From positions 18,850,001-18,914,000 of the forward strand of contig NC_045697.1 of NCBI RefSeq assembly GCF_009834535.1: a stretch of DNA of 64,000 nucleotides, read 5' to 3'. Position numbers and translations under genes: made by a program. Positions 13,306 through 24,496 of the stretch are shown here, piece after piece. The notes below the pieces were generated by a model. It was not told the DNA's origin. It was given only the letters and a program-made list of their open reading frames with translations, and ran no database searches. The DNA is from Camelus ferus. Taxonomy: Eukaryota. Position 1 is the stretch's first letter. Each line of letters starts with the position of its first letter.

Positions 13306-13493
13306 TTTTTTTTCTTCCAGTTTTATTGGGCTATAATTGGCATGCAATAGTGTATAAGTGTAAGGCATACAGCATAATAATTTGATTTACATACATCATG
13401 AAGTGATTATCACAGTAAGTTTAGTGTACATCTATCATCTCATACATGCACAAAATTAAAAAAATAGGAAAACAATGTTTTTCTTGTGATGAG
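13306..13493 (-). mobile_element. 5'-truncated L1 3' end with TSD
   Basis: T-rich tail followed by L1 3' UTR; TSD tgatcctaata (13295-13305) / tgatcttaata (13494-13504). Confidence 0.75.
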
Positions 13494-14009
13494 TGATCTT
13501 AATAATTTTGTTACATTTTCACAATTGAGCTCATTAAGTGATTTACAAACATTATTTTATTAATTTATTCAAGAAATGTCTACAGATTGCCTACCAAGTT
13601 CTTGGCACCGTCGGTGTTAAGGACACAACAGTGAACAAGGTATGCATGGTGCCTGCCCACAGAATATATAACCTAGTGGGGAATTTACGTCTCTCAAAAC
13701 CTTGTAAGGGTCACATAATCATCTCGACAGATGAGGAAAAGGAAGCACATGGAAGTTAGGTGGCTCTATTAAGCTCTTTCTTGGTAAGGAGACCTGTCTT
13801 GTTGACTTACTAACTAAGCCATCCTACATGCGGTGAACAGTATATATTTCTGCTTTCAGCTTCAAGCAGCATTTGATTCAGGAGGAAAGCTCTTTGTTCA
13901 CCACCTCTCTTGCTTGCTTCATCCTGAACACCTCCATTCTGTACAAAATTTTGTGTCCAGTGGGCCATGGAAACCATAGGTTTCATTTCCACTGGTGTGC
14001 ACATCCAAA

Positions 14010-15050
14010 TGTATCACCAGGGCTTTTGACTGCAAGCAACAGAAACTAAATTTGGTAAACTGGGACAGAAAAGGGACTCATTAGAAGGATATTCTGTTTC
14101 TAATAGGAATGTTGGAAAATTTAAAGAGCCAGTTGGGAAAAGTGGCAGGAGTCCAGGTTAGCAGAAACATAAACATGACTACATTTCAGGAGCTTTCCAG
14201 CAAGGCAACCATTGCCACTGTGGCCACTGGATTAAAAATTGCTGCTTCTGCTATAAATACTGTCCCTGCATCTTTGTATCATCTTCTGGATGGAATAACT
14301 GAGTCTCAAAACCTGTCCAGATACCCCTGCTAAAGTGGCCAGGGACCAGGGAGAAGGATCCATTTGACCAGAAAGGGTGTGGGGCACAGATTCGGGGTAG
14401 CCAAAAGTAATGAATACCCATCCCACTAAGAGGATCCTGAGTGATACTGGGGTGCAGAGAAAAGGCAAGACCACAAGAAACTCCCAGCTGTGGTGACCCC
14501 AGAAGCCAGGCATCAACAGGATCTAGCAAGTTTGGAGCAATAGTAATCAAAATTCTGGGCTTCAAGAAATAAAGACAAACTCAAAATATCTTAAGCAAAA
14601 AGAGGATTTTATTGCGCAGTGAAATGGAAATGTACAAGAATATTTTGACTTTAAATATGGCTTGATCCAGAGATTCCAGTGATGTTACCAGAATCCAGTC
14701 TCACCATCTCTGAACAATATGCTCCTGTATGTTTACTCTGAACTCAGGCTCTACTTTGTGGCAAGATGGCTACCAGCAGCCCCAGGGCCACGTTCTCCCA
14801 GGTTCATAATCAGTAGAAAAGAGTGTGTGCCCTTCTCCAGAAAGTCCCAGTAGAAGCCTAATTAGGACTCATTGGCTTGTACTGGGTGACAGGCCCATCC
14901 ATTAACTCATCACTATGGTCAGGGAAACATGATACATGATATCTGACTGGCTAATCCCAAGGCACATGCTCCCCCTAGAGTTGGGGTAGAGTGAAGTCTA
15001 CCTGTGGCACAAGGACAGAAAGTAGGGGAGGAACTGGTCCTTCAGAGCAA
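14010..15050 (-). mobile_element. Two adjacent old MLT1 LTR fragments
   Basis: ctgcaagcaacagaaact…; ggcaagatggctaccagcagc…; gactcattggc…gcccatcc…atcactatggtcaggg. Confidence 0.55.
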
Positions 15051-15728
15051 AACCAGAAGAGGGCAAATGTGTGTGAGCAGAAAAAGCAAGATGTCCAGCC
15101 TGAAGCAGGCCCCCAGGCAGTGGTGGAACATGGGCCAGAAGGTCTAACCTGGCAGATAAATAGGGGATTGGTCCATGTGGGGAACCCTAGTGAAAAGCAA
15201 GGAGGTGGTGCAGAAGGAACTGGGAATGGAGCAGCAAAGAGAAGGCTTAGGGACCAGAAGCTGGCCTGGTGGGCCAGAGCTTTCCCAGGCAAAACATATA
15301 CTTGTTCTGCAAAACAAATTTTGGACTCCAGTTGCTGGAGGGTATGAGCTGATTGTCTGGTAAGTATGAGCCCAAGGACTGTATGGGAATGAGCGGCTTG
15401 GCTCCTGTGGATTCCAGGAGGCTGGAGCCCAGCCCAGTTTACTCGGGAAGCTGAGGGCAGTGTAGGGAGCTAGACCAGCAACCTCCCTTGGTCCTTTGGT
15501 TCTATTCATACATCTCCAAGTATCTCTGCCCTCCTGCTTAATCTTGACGACATCCCCATTTCACCCTCCTGCCTTATGTCTCTGTGATGAGCTGGGTTTC
15601 TTGCTCCCCTCACTTAGCCATCTGGCTCTGACCCATAGCTTGTTTGGGCTCCCAGGCAACCAGATCACGATGCAGGGATCAGGTGCTGACCTCAGACAGA
15701 CTCTAGTCTTTGGTGTCTCCTTGCTCCT

Positions 15729-16170
15729 TGTAATGGATTGAATGGTGTCCCCCCTCCAAATCGTGTCCACCCAAAACTCTAGAATGTGACCTTATTTGGA
15801 AATGGGGTCTTGGCAGATTCAATTAAGTTAAGGCTCTCAAAATGAGATCATCTTGGATTTAGGGTGGGCCCTACCTCCAATGACAGGTGTCCTTATAAGA
15901 AACAGGACACAGAGACACACAGCAAAGGTGACTTGAAGTTGGAGGCAGAGGTTGGGGTGATGTGTCTATAAGCTGAAGAATGCTAAGGTGGTTTGATCCC
16001 AGGTTTCAAGCATGGAACAGAACCTCCCTCAGAACCACCTAAAGGCATTAACCCTGCCAGCACCTTGATTTCAGATTTCTGACCTCCAAAGCTGTGAGAA
16101 AATAAATTTCTGCTGTTTCAAGCTACCCAGTGTGTGGTCATTTTTGTGGCAGCCCTAGGAAACAGACACA
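15729..16170 (+). mobile_element. MLT1C/B-like solo LTR
   Basis: tgtaatggattgaatggtgtcccc…gaatgtgaccttatttggaaat…aataaatttctgctgtttcaagc…ggcagccctaggaaac. Confidence 0.9.
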
Positions 16171-16907
16171 CCCTTTCCAACCCCACCCTGGCTATTGTCC
16201 CACCTACGGAAACTTCTGCCCCCGTCACACAGCCAGTTAGTGGTAGAATGGGATTTGAACCTGGTCCTTATGATGTCTCAGTTAAGACTCTTTACCTGTT
16301 TAGCTTGAGGCTTGTAGGAGGAATTTATGTGGGAACACCTGGTTAGAGTGGAGAACGAAGCAGCTGAAGCAAAAAGCCCCTGATGTCATCAATCCTGACC
16401 ATTATCGACTGGATCGTAAAGTACTGATTCAGAACACTTGTTGCTTAATTCTCACCCTTCCTCCAAAGAAAAGAAGGGAGAGAGCTGTCTACACAGCCTG
16501 TTCCACACAATGAAATGGAAAACTTCTGTTTACCACCCTAGTTTGTATTTGCTAGTCCCAAACAGCTTAATAACAGAATTCTCTAATTGCCATCAGGATG
16601 TTTGCTTGACACAGGTGTGGGGAGGGTCAGATGTCTGCACAGTTGGCTTTGTCGAAGCAGAAAAATTCGAGCGGTGACTCAGAATGTAAAAATCACATTA
16701 CTTTATACGATATGAATAGCAGTCAAGACAAGAATCCAATTATCTTCAGGTGGAATCAGAAAGCAAAGATTTGCTGTCACAGTCCAGAAGGAGGTCTGTG
16801 GTCATCTGCTTTCCTTCCTCTTCCAGACGATTTAACTGGCTGTCAATCAGTCAAACACAGCCGGGAGCATGGAAACCGACCCCAGTGTGTTTAAGAAAGT
16901 GAGGTGG

Positions 16908-17236
16908 TGTCTTAGTCCTTCTGGGCCTCTATCACAAAATACCATGAACTAAGGGACTGATAAACAACAGAAGTTTATTTCTCACAATTTTGGAAGCTGG
17001 GAAGTCCAGGAGCAGCAGGCCTGCAGATTCCGTGTCTGGCGAGAGACCGCTTCTGGTTCATAGACAGTTGTTTTCTCCGTATCCTCACACGGTGGAGGGT
17101 TCTCTTTTTTAAGGTCACTAATCCTATTTATTAGGGCTTCATGCTCATGACCTAAGCACCTCCAAATACCATCACGTTGGAGATCGGCATTTCAACATAA
17201 AAATTTAGGGGGCGCATAAACGTTCAGTCTATAGCA
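16908..17236 (-). mobile_element. MLT1A-like solo LTR
   Basis: tgtcttagtc…aaacaacagaagtttatttctcaca…cagtctatagca; TSD ggtgg/gatgg. Confidence 0.9.
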
Positions 17237-17822
17237 GATGGCATTTCAAGTTAGCTGGGGGAAAATAGATTGTTTTTTATTCAACAATTCGTACAGAAGC
17301 GATTGTCTATTTGAAAAAAGTTGAGTTCTATTCTTAACCTCACGGCATACTTGAATAGTTAGTGTCCTTGGTTGCAGACAATCAAACCCTCTCTAGCTGG
17401 TTTAAGCAGAAAAGGAAATTATGTTATTGAAGGGTATTAAGTGGCTCTGAGACTCTCTCTCTCTGATGGCCAGGAACCACGCCTGAGGACTAGGCAGCCA
17501 GGAGTTACAGCACAGGCCAGCTCGCACGTCGACACTCTTGAGTACTGACCTCCAGACCTCGCCACTGTAGCTGCGCGAATGCTGGGGCCACCAGCACCTC
17601 TGCCACGACTGCATCTGAGGTCGGGCCACCTGGGCCACCACCCTGCACGGAACGGATCATTGGAGGCCCCTGCTCCGCTTATCACTGGCTTCTAAATTGA
17701 AATTTCACAGGGATTGGTAGAGCCTTGGTCACAGACTTGAGCCCCATTTGCAAAGCTGCAGAACACTGAGTTTTTGGCTTCTACCATGAGGGAAATACAG
17801 ACAGATAAGGTGGGAACACTCC

Positions 17823-17824
<2 letters not shown>

Positions 17825-17858
<34 letters not shown>
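17825..17858 (+). repeat. (AC)n microsatellite
   Basis: Perfect AC run of about 17 units. Confidence 0.95.
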
Positions 17859-17861
<3 letters not shown>

Positions 17862-19902
17862 AAGGATGGTGTCCAAGTTGATGGTCAGCCAAAAACATAG
17901 TAAATGTTCACTATAATACTTCAGAATAAATTCTAGGAATTACAGAGTTAACTGTGAAAAAAAAAAAAAAAAGAAAAAAGAAAAAGTTGCCCTAAAAAGA
18001 CTAGAAAAAGATACAGGCAAATATTGAACTGATCTTGGGACAAGGCAGGACTTTCTGAGCAAAAAAGCAATCGAATAAGTCACAAAGGAACAGATCAATA
18101 GATTGGACTGCTTAAAAATCCAATTTTTCTCACATCAAGCAAGCCATGAACCGCTTGACTGATCACCCCACATGGCATTTGCCCCCTTTAATATATGCAC
18201 ATGCATAAGGCCGAAGTCAGCTGAATAAAATATATTTGGAAGATCATCAGCAATCACACAATTTGAGTCCAAATGAAACTATTTCAGCCCTCTCAGAATT
18301 GCCTAAAATCCAGCTCTGTTCTACCCCAGAGGATTATTTATATTTCTAAGGAAGAAGCTTTTGTTTTTCCTAGTCTCTTAAGAACTGCTCTTACATATTT
18401 GGGAGTTTAATTATTTTTATTGTCCAAATTACTTTCTGTCTTTTAGAGGAATCTAAGTTAATCCATGTCTAGACTTATGAGATTCTTTTAATTAGAAAGA
18501 GGAATGACTTGGGTCACAATGTCAACTTTTCCTGCCGTTCCCTTAGCTCTGTTTACAAGGTTACTGCTGAATGTATTATTGCTAAAGTGGAGACGGATGT
18601 GGGGCAGTCAAAAAGAATCCTTTTTATTCCTTTCATTGCAGCTTCTGGGGAACACTGGGACTTAGCTCCTGTGGCTAGCTAGGGTCTGACAAGTGCCTTT
18701 TACTGACAACATAAAATATGTGCTTTATGTTTTTTTGACTTCTTGTTAGATTTCAAATGTATCATTCAGATGATAATCAACTGAATCTGCAAAGAAAATG
18801 GAGAAGGAGAGCAAATCAGGGACTTGACACAGAGAAGCGCTGCAGGGTGTGAGGCTGGTGGCCTGAGCCTGCGCAGTGCAGATGTGGGGGGCGCAGCCCA
18901 CTCCGCGGCAGGTGAAGGGGTGAACAATACCCTCAGGTGGGGAGGAGATAAAGAAGAGCTGTCTGATCAGTGGGATCTTAATTGCTTCAAGGGGTGAAGT
19001 GAAGTTTCTGAAGTCGTGCGGTCTAGAGGGGGCAGCAGCGGGATTCACACCCAGTTCTCTCTAATACTGTTGCTTGAACTCTTTCCACGTCATCTTGTTT
19101 TCTGTGCCTCTTTCCATGTTTTACTGTTCAGATAAGCAATCTTTAAGACTTAAGGATTTCATTTGCCTTTTATTGGTTTCTCCAGCCTTTTATTCTCTAT
19201 AAACACAATGCTCTAATAGTATTTAAATGTTATTTGAGAGGCTGTTAGACAGATTGGAGCCAGACTACCTTGGTTCAAAGTTCATCTCTATCAATTACTG
19301 GCTTTTGTTGATGGGATTACACCAAATTTAACTTTTTCTTTTATACTTTTCTGTATTTTCTGATTTTTAAAATTATTTTGCTCCTATTGTCATAGAAATA
19401 AGAAAGCCATTACAAATAAAAAGTAGCTCAGAACTCTTTATTAATTTGGGATTTATGGATTCACCAGAAGTCTCAACTCCAGTATCAATCTTTGCTTACC
19501 CCCAGCTCAACTCATCTGTCCCTAGCGGACCAAGAGAACACCTATTCATAGAACACCTTAATGATGTTTTCTCCACTGTTGGAAGGCTATTCGGAAGTTT
19601 TTCCCCCATTACTTGAGGAAAATGACACCAATTTTGTTAATCTTTTCTCCTAGAGCCGATTTTCCCAATTCTTTCATCATGTTAACACTTCCTATCGGCA
19701 ACCCCACCAATTATGAAAAATAATTACATTTCACTCACCTCCTGCAGCAGACATTTGGAGAGTCTGAAATACAAGCTTACCAGATCACTTGTATCTGAGA
19801 AAGGGCTAAATAAGGCATCGTGACTCAGTGGGCCTCTGGAGGCCTCCAGCAATGCTTATATCACCAACACACTTTAAGTTGTTCCTGCAGCTCTTATCCA
19901 GG

Positions 19903-20436
19903 TGTCATCAAACTCAGGTTCAGCTGCTCACTGCTCAAAAGCCAATAAACAAAAGGCAAGTGTCAATAGAAAGGAAAGATGCTTTAATGAGAAAGCCAGC
20001 AATCTGGGGAGAAGGTGGGTTATGTCCCAAGACTAACCCTGAAGATTCTGCTCAGCCATGACAGTTTTTAAAGGGAAAAATGGGGGGAAGACTCTCAGCC
20101 AATCACTGAGGCAGGAGGTTGGATTCTGCATCATTCTCCATTGCACACAGACTGGCTGACTCTCTCTTCAGATGTTATCTTGCCCTCATGATCTGCCTGT
20201 AGGATTGCTAAGGGGGCTATTGGGAGTAGAGAGCAAATAATTCTTTAACTACTTATTTCTTCTTTTCATTTAAGAAAAGAATCAACAGGTTAGGCAAGGC
20301 ATGGTGTGCATTCAGGAGAGCATAAGTCAGGAGATAGTTTCAATTGCTTAGTAATCTCATTCCAATAACTAGGTTCTTTTAAGGTTAGAGGGGGACAGAA
20401 ATGAGCAAACAGGAAAGGGGCAAAGAGCTACTTTCA
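19903..20436 (-). mobile_element. ERV 3' LTR
   Basis: TG…CA termini; minus-strand ATTAAA (~19983-19988); polypurine tract AGGGGGGAAT directly before the minus-strand TG start. Confidence 0.75.
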
Positions 20437-21090
20437 ATTCCCCCCTGTCAAACATCATTCTATTTCTATGGGTTTAGGGGCAAAAGTCCATCTTCTGTAA
20501 CTTCTTCGTGCTGACACAGGGTATTGTAGCCTCAGAGTGGAAGAAGTCAACATAGGTCTGCAGCATCTCTTTGCTGACAGTTTTGGTTGCCCACTTCTAT
20601 AAGAGCAGAGCAAGCTACAATTATTTTGATACCCACAAAGATATAGATTATAATGAGCAGTAGTGTTAATCCTGTTCTCTTGAGGCCAGTTCTTGGAACT
20701 GTGCTGGCCACAGATTCAGTGCTGCCCAAGGTGGAGTTGCTTATGCCATGCCTATAGTCTGGTCATCAGTTAGCTTTTTTCCCCCCTCTAGTGGCAGTTA
20801 TAGTACCTGTAAAACAACTCAGGCATGTGCATCAGACATTGAGTCTGTGACTCTATTGTCCTAATCATTAACTGCTCAGTTTTGTACTTGGTGGCAGGGA
20901 TGGGGGGGGGAGGGGGGCCTCTAGGATTCTGCTTGGTCCACAGGAGCAGGCTTTAACTTCTGTTACCATGAGACTTGGGGACCAGAATGTTCCATTGCCA
21001 ATTATTCTTCCTTCATAATAATAATAGTTCTAATGACTATATCATAAATGATAACAAAATGACCATACTGCTATGTGATTATTAATGCTA
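20437..21090 (-). mobile_element. ERV internal 3' remnant (polypurine tract plus Env TM-like segment)
   Basis: Polypurine tract at 20437-20446; minus ORF 20547-20729 contains the hydrophobic GLTLLLIIIYIFVGIKIIVAC at the position expected for an Env membrane anchor; far boundary uncertain. Confidence 0.55.
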
Positions 21091-21209
21091 TTATTACAAT
21101 TGATTCTTTTTTTAATTGAAGTATAGTTAGTTTACAATGTTGTATACAATTGATTCTTATCATTTGCAATAGTTATGTTCCAAAGACCTGCTGAGAACTT
21201 TAAATTAGT

Positions 21210-21779
21210 TGTTACTAAAACCGAGAAGAACCCTGTGGAGCCCTTGCAGGAACAAAGCCTTTCCACTTCCCCAGTTTATTATTTGCGGGATAAAGGTTTC
21301 AGCCTCCTAGACCTTCCTGAATACCAAAGAGCAGATGCAAACAGCTGCTAATCAGGGAAGTCAGGGAATGCCGGAGCAATGGAGGAACAATCAAGAAAGG
21401 CCAGCGCAGCTGTTAAAGCAGGGTCCCGGCTCCTCCTCAAGGGAGATACGTGGCAATATCTTTGAGTTCTTCTGCAGGGACTAAGGCTCCCACCCAGGTG
21501 GGGGATGTAACTTCACGCTGAGCAGGATTCATGGAACACTGTCCTGTGACCTTACTGCCAACCAATCAGAAGAAAGTCACACACCTTGCAGCCCTCACAC
21601 CAAATTTTGCCTGTGGAAACTTCTCCCTGAAAACCATCAGGGAGTTTGGGCTTTTTGAGCATGAGCCACCCATTCTCCTTCTTTGGCTCTGGAATAAACC
21701 TTTCTCAGCTCCAGATTCCAACATTTTGGTTCCTTTAACCTCACTGTACGTTGGGTGCACAAACTTGTGTTCAGTAACA
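21210..21779 (+). mobile_element. ERV solo LTR inside MER82
   Basis: Inverted termini TGTTACTAAA…TTCAGTAACA; CCAATCAG; AATAAA at ~21693. Confidence 0.85.
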
Positions 21780-22008
21780 ATACTGAACCATTGTTCCTAG
21801 AGGAAATACAATGTTACAAACCTGCAAGCCTCTATTCACAACATTTTCATCAATTGATCAATATATACCTATTTCATGCGTATTTCTATTTAAAGACACC
21901 TTAATTGGCACATCATGTTGATTCATTAACATTGAACTCATGGCCAACAGCACCATAACTCATACCTGAATGACTCTGAGCTCACACATGTGTTTTCTCT
22001 GCAGGGCA

Positions 22009-23913
22009 GAGATTAGGTTCTTGTCTCATCACAGAAAGAATTCAGAGAAAATACACAGAGGTCAAGAAAGTAAAGTGAAGATTTATTAGGGGATAGAGAG
22101 TGTGCGTTCAAGGGGAGAGCAGGCTGCTAAGGTGAGCAGCTGTGCTGAGTTTCTTTGGCAAGTTGGTTATACAGAGTGTAAAAATGAATGGGTGGAATAC
22201 ACAAAAATATACAATATACAAAAATAAACTCAAAATGAATTGAAGACCTAAATATAAGACCAGATACTATAAAACTCCTAGAGGAGAACATATGCAGAAC
22301 ACTATGACATAAATTGCAGCAATATATTTTCTTAACCAGCTCCTAGAGAAATGGAAATAAAAGCAAAAATAAACAAATGGGGCCTAATTAAACTTAAAAG
22401 CTTTTGCATAGCTAAGGATACCATCAACAAAATGAAAAGACAACCTGCATAATGGGAGAAAATATTTGCAAATGATGTGACTGACAAGGGACTAATTTCT
22501 AAAATATACAAACAGTTCATATAGCTTAATATTAAAAAAAACAAGCAACCCAATCAAAAAATGGGCAGAAGACCTAAATAGACATTTCTCCAAAGAAAGC
22601 ATCCAGATGGCCAACAGGCACATGAAAAGATGTTCAGTTTTACTAATTATGAGGGAAATGCAAATCAAAACTACAATGAGGTATTACCTCACACCAGTTA
22701 GAATGGCCATCTTTAAAAAGTCTACAAATCATAAATGCTAGAGGGCATGAAGAAAAAGGCACCCTCCTATACTATTGATGGGAGGGTAAATTGGTGCAGC
22801 CACTATGGAGGACAACGTGGTGGTCCCTTAAAAAACTAAAAGTAGAGTTACCAGATGATCCATCAACCCCACTCCTGGACATAAATCCAGAGAAAACTCT
22901 AATTCGAAAAGACCCATGCACCCCAATGTTCACAGCAGCACTATTTACAACAGCCAAGACACGGAAACAACCTAAATGTCCATCGACAGATGACTGGATA
23001 AAGAAGATGTGGCATATATATATAATAGAATATCACTCGTCCATTAAAAAAAGAGTAAAATAATGCCATTTGCAGCAACATGGATGGATCTAAAGATGAT
23101 CATATTAAGTGAAGTAAGTCAGACAGAAAAAGACAAATATGATGTTGCTTACATGTGAAATCTAAAAAACATTTACAAATTTTATTTACAAACCAGAAAT
23201 AGACTCACAGACATAGAAGACAAACTATTATTACCAGAGGGCAATGGGAGGAGAGGGATTGATTAGGAGTTTGGGATTAACAGATACACATTACTGTATA
23301 TAAACAGATAAACAACAAGGACCTACTGGATAGCACAGGAAACTATATTCAATTTCTTGTAATGAGCTGTAGTAGAAAAGAAACTGAAAATGTATATATC
23401 TGTGTATGTATGTGTATAACTGAATTGCCTTAATGTTCACCTGAAACTAACGTTGTAAATCAACTACACTTCAATGAAAAATAAGAATTTTTAAAAAATG
23501 AATGAAGGGAATATTCACTGGAGAGGAAGGGGTTTGGGGTCACATTCCCTGATTTTCATCCCAACTCCACCTTCCTGAGGGACAGAGGGACTTTTGTCCT
23601 TATTTAGTCTGAATCAGAAGTGTCATGGTGTCAGTACATGATGGGTACTTCTAATCTGCAAGGCTAATTTTATTGTAATGAGGGCATAATGAGCAAAAAG
23701 TTACATTCGGACACGAGATTCCTGCCTTTTTCCACCTTTCTTTGCCTGCCTCCAGGACACTTGTCACCACAAAATATGTGCTTTCTTATGAGTCCCAAGG
23801 TTCCTACTTTTCTCTGCCCAAGGACCCCCATTGTTCACATGCTGTATGGTTTCCTGCCATCTGGCCTGCCTCGCCCTTTCTCTGCTCATATCTAGCTATC
23901 TGCCTCTGTAACA
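22009..23913 (-). mobile_element. ERV solo LTR inside MER82, itself split by L1
   Basis: Ends in tgtaaca (minus-strand TGTTACA); minus-strand AATAAA (tttatt ~22082); halves rejoin across the L1 TSD. Confidence 0.75.
22200..23493 (+). mobile_element. L1 3' fragment (end of ORF2 + 3' UTR)
   Basis: ORF2 C-terminal peptides (…VQPLWRTTW…[16 protein letters not shown]…[15 protein letters not shown]); imperfect TSD aaaaatgaatgggtggaata (22180-22199) / aaaaatgaatgaagggaata (23494-23513). Confidence 0.92.
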
Positions 23914-24450
23914 CTTGCACTTAGGAAGACTAGACAGCCCTTCACCATTACACATGAGGACTATTTTAAAGAGAGACGTTATTAACAAAAAGCACAAAAA
24001 TGCAAAAATCATAGCTCTAAATAGACTGCATAAGGGCACTTATTTACAGCACGAGAGCTGAAGCCAGAAGGCAGAGCACTGACTTGTTCCACCTCAGCCG
24101 GACACGTGTGCACGGAGTTCCTGATTTAGAGACAAATACATAGGAGGAGAGCAAACAAATATTGGCTAAAAAAAGAACTCCTTTGCCTTATTTCTCAATT
24201 AGCTCAGAACTTATTGGGTCCTGGCATGGACCCCAACACAAGGTAGGAGCTTGATTGAAGCCCCTGGAATCTGAAATGGTTGAAATTTTCATCTCTGACT
24301 CCTGAAATTACCTGAGCTGCTCCTTTTTCAAACACATTGAGTTTTTCAGAGAAAGATGCCTTTTTAGAGCAAACTGTGAGGGAAACCCCCCAGCAGGTCA
24401 CAGTAACCCGTCAGGCTTGTCTTGCAATTTCGTTGTGTTAACTGCACTTG

Positions 24451-24496
24451 CAGGGGCTGGCTGTAACACACCAGGGGCTGGCTGTAACACACCAGG
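24451..24496 (+). repeat. Perfect 21-bp tandem duplication
   Basis: caggggctggctgtaacacac twice, then cagg. Confidence 0.95.

Larger units (their letters stand above)
21095..24117 (+). mobile_element. MER82 (TcMar-Tigger) in three pieces, split by nested insertions
   Basis: Pieces ~21145-21209, 21780-22008 and 23914-24117 join into the remembered MER82 consensus (…atactgaaccattg…ttgattcattaacattgaactcatggccaacagcac…aacaaaaagcacaaaaatgc…). Confidence 0.8.
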
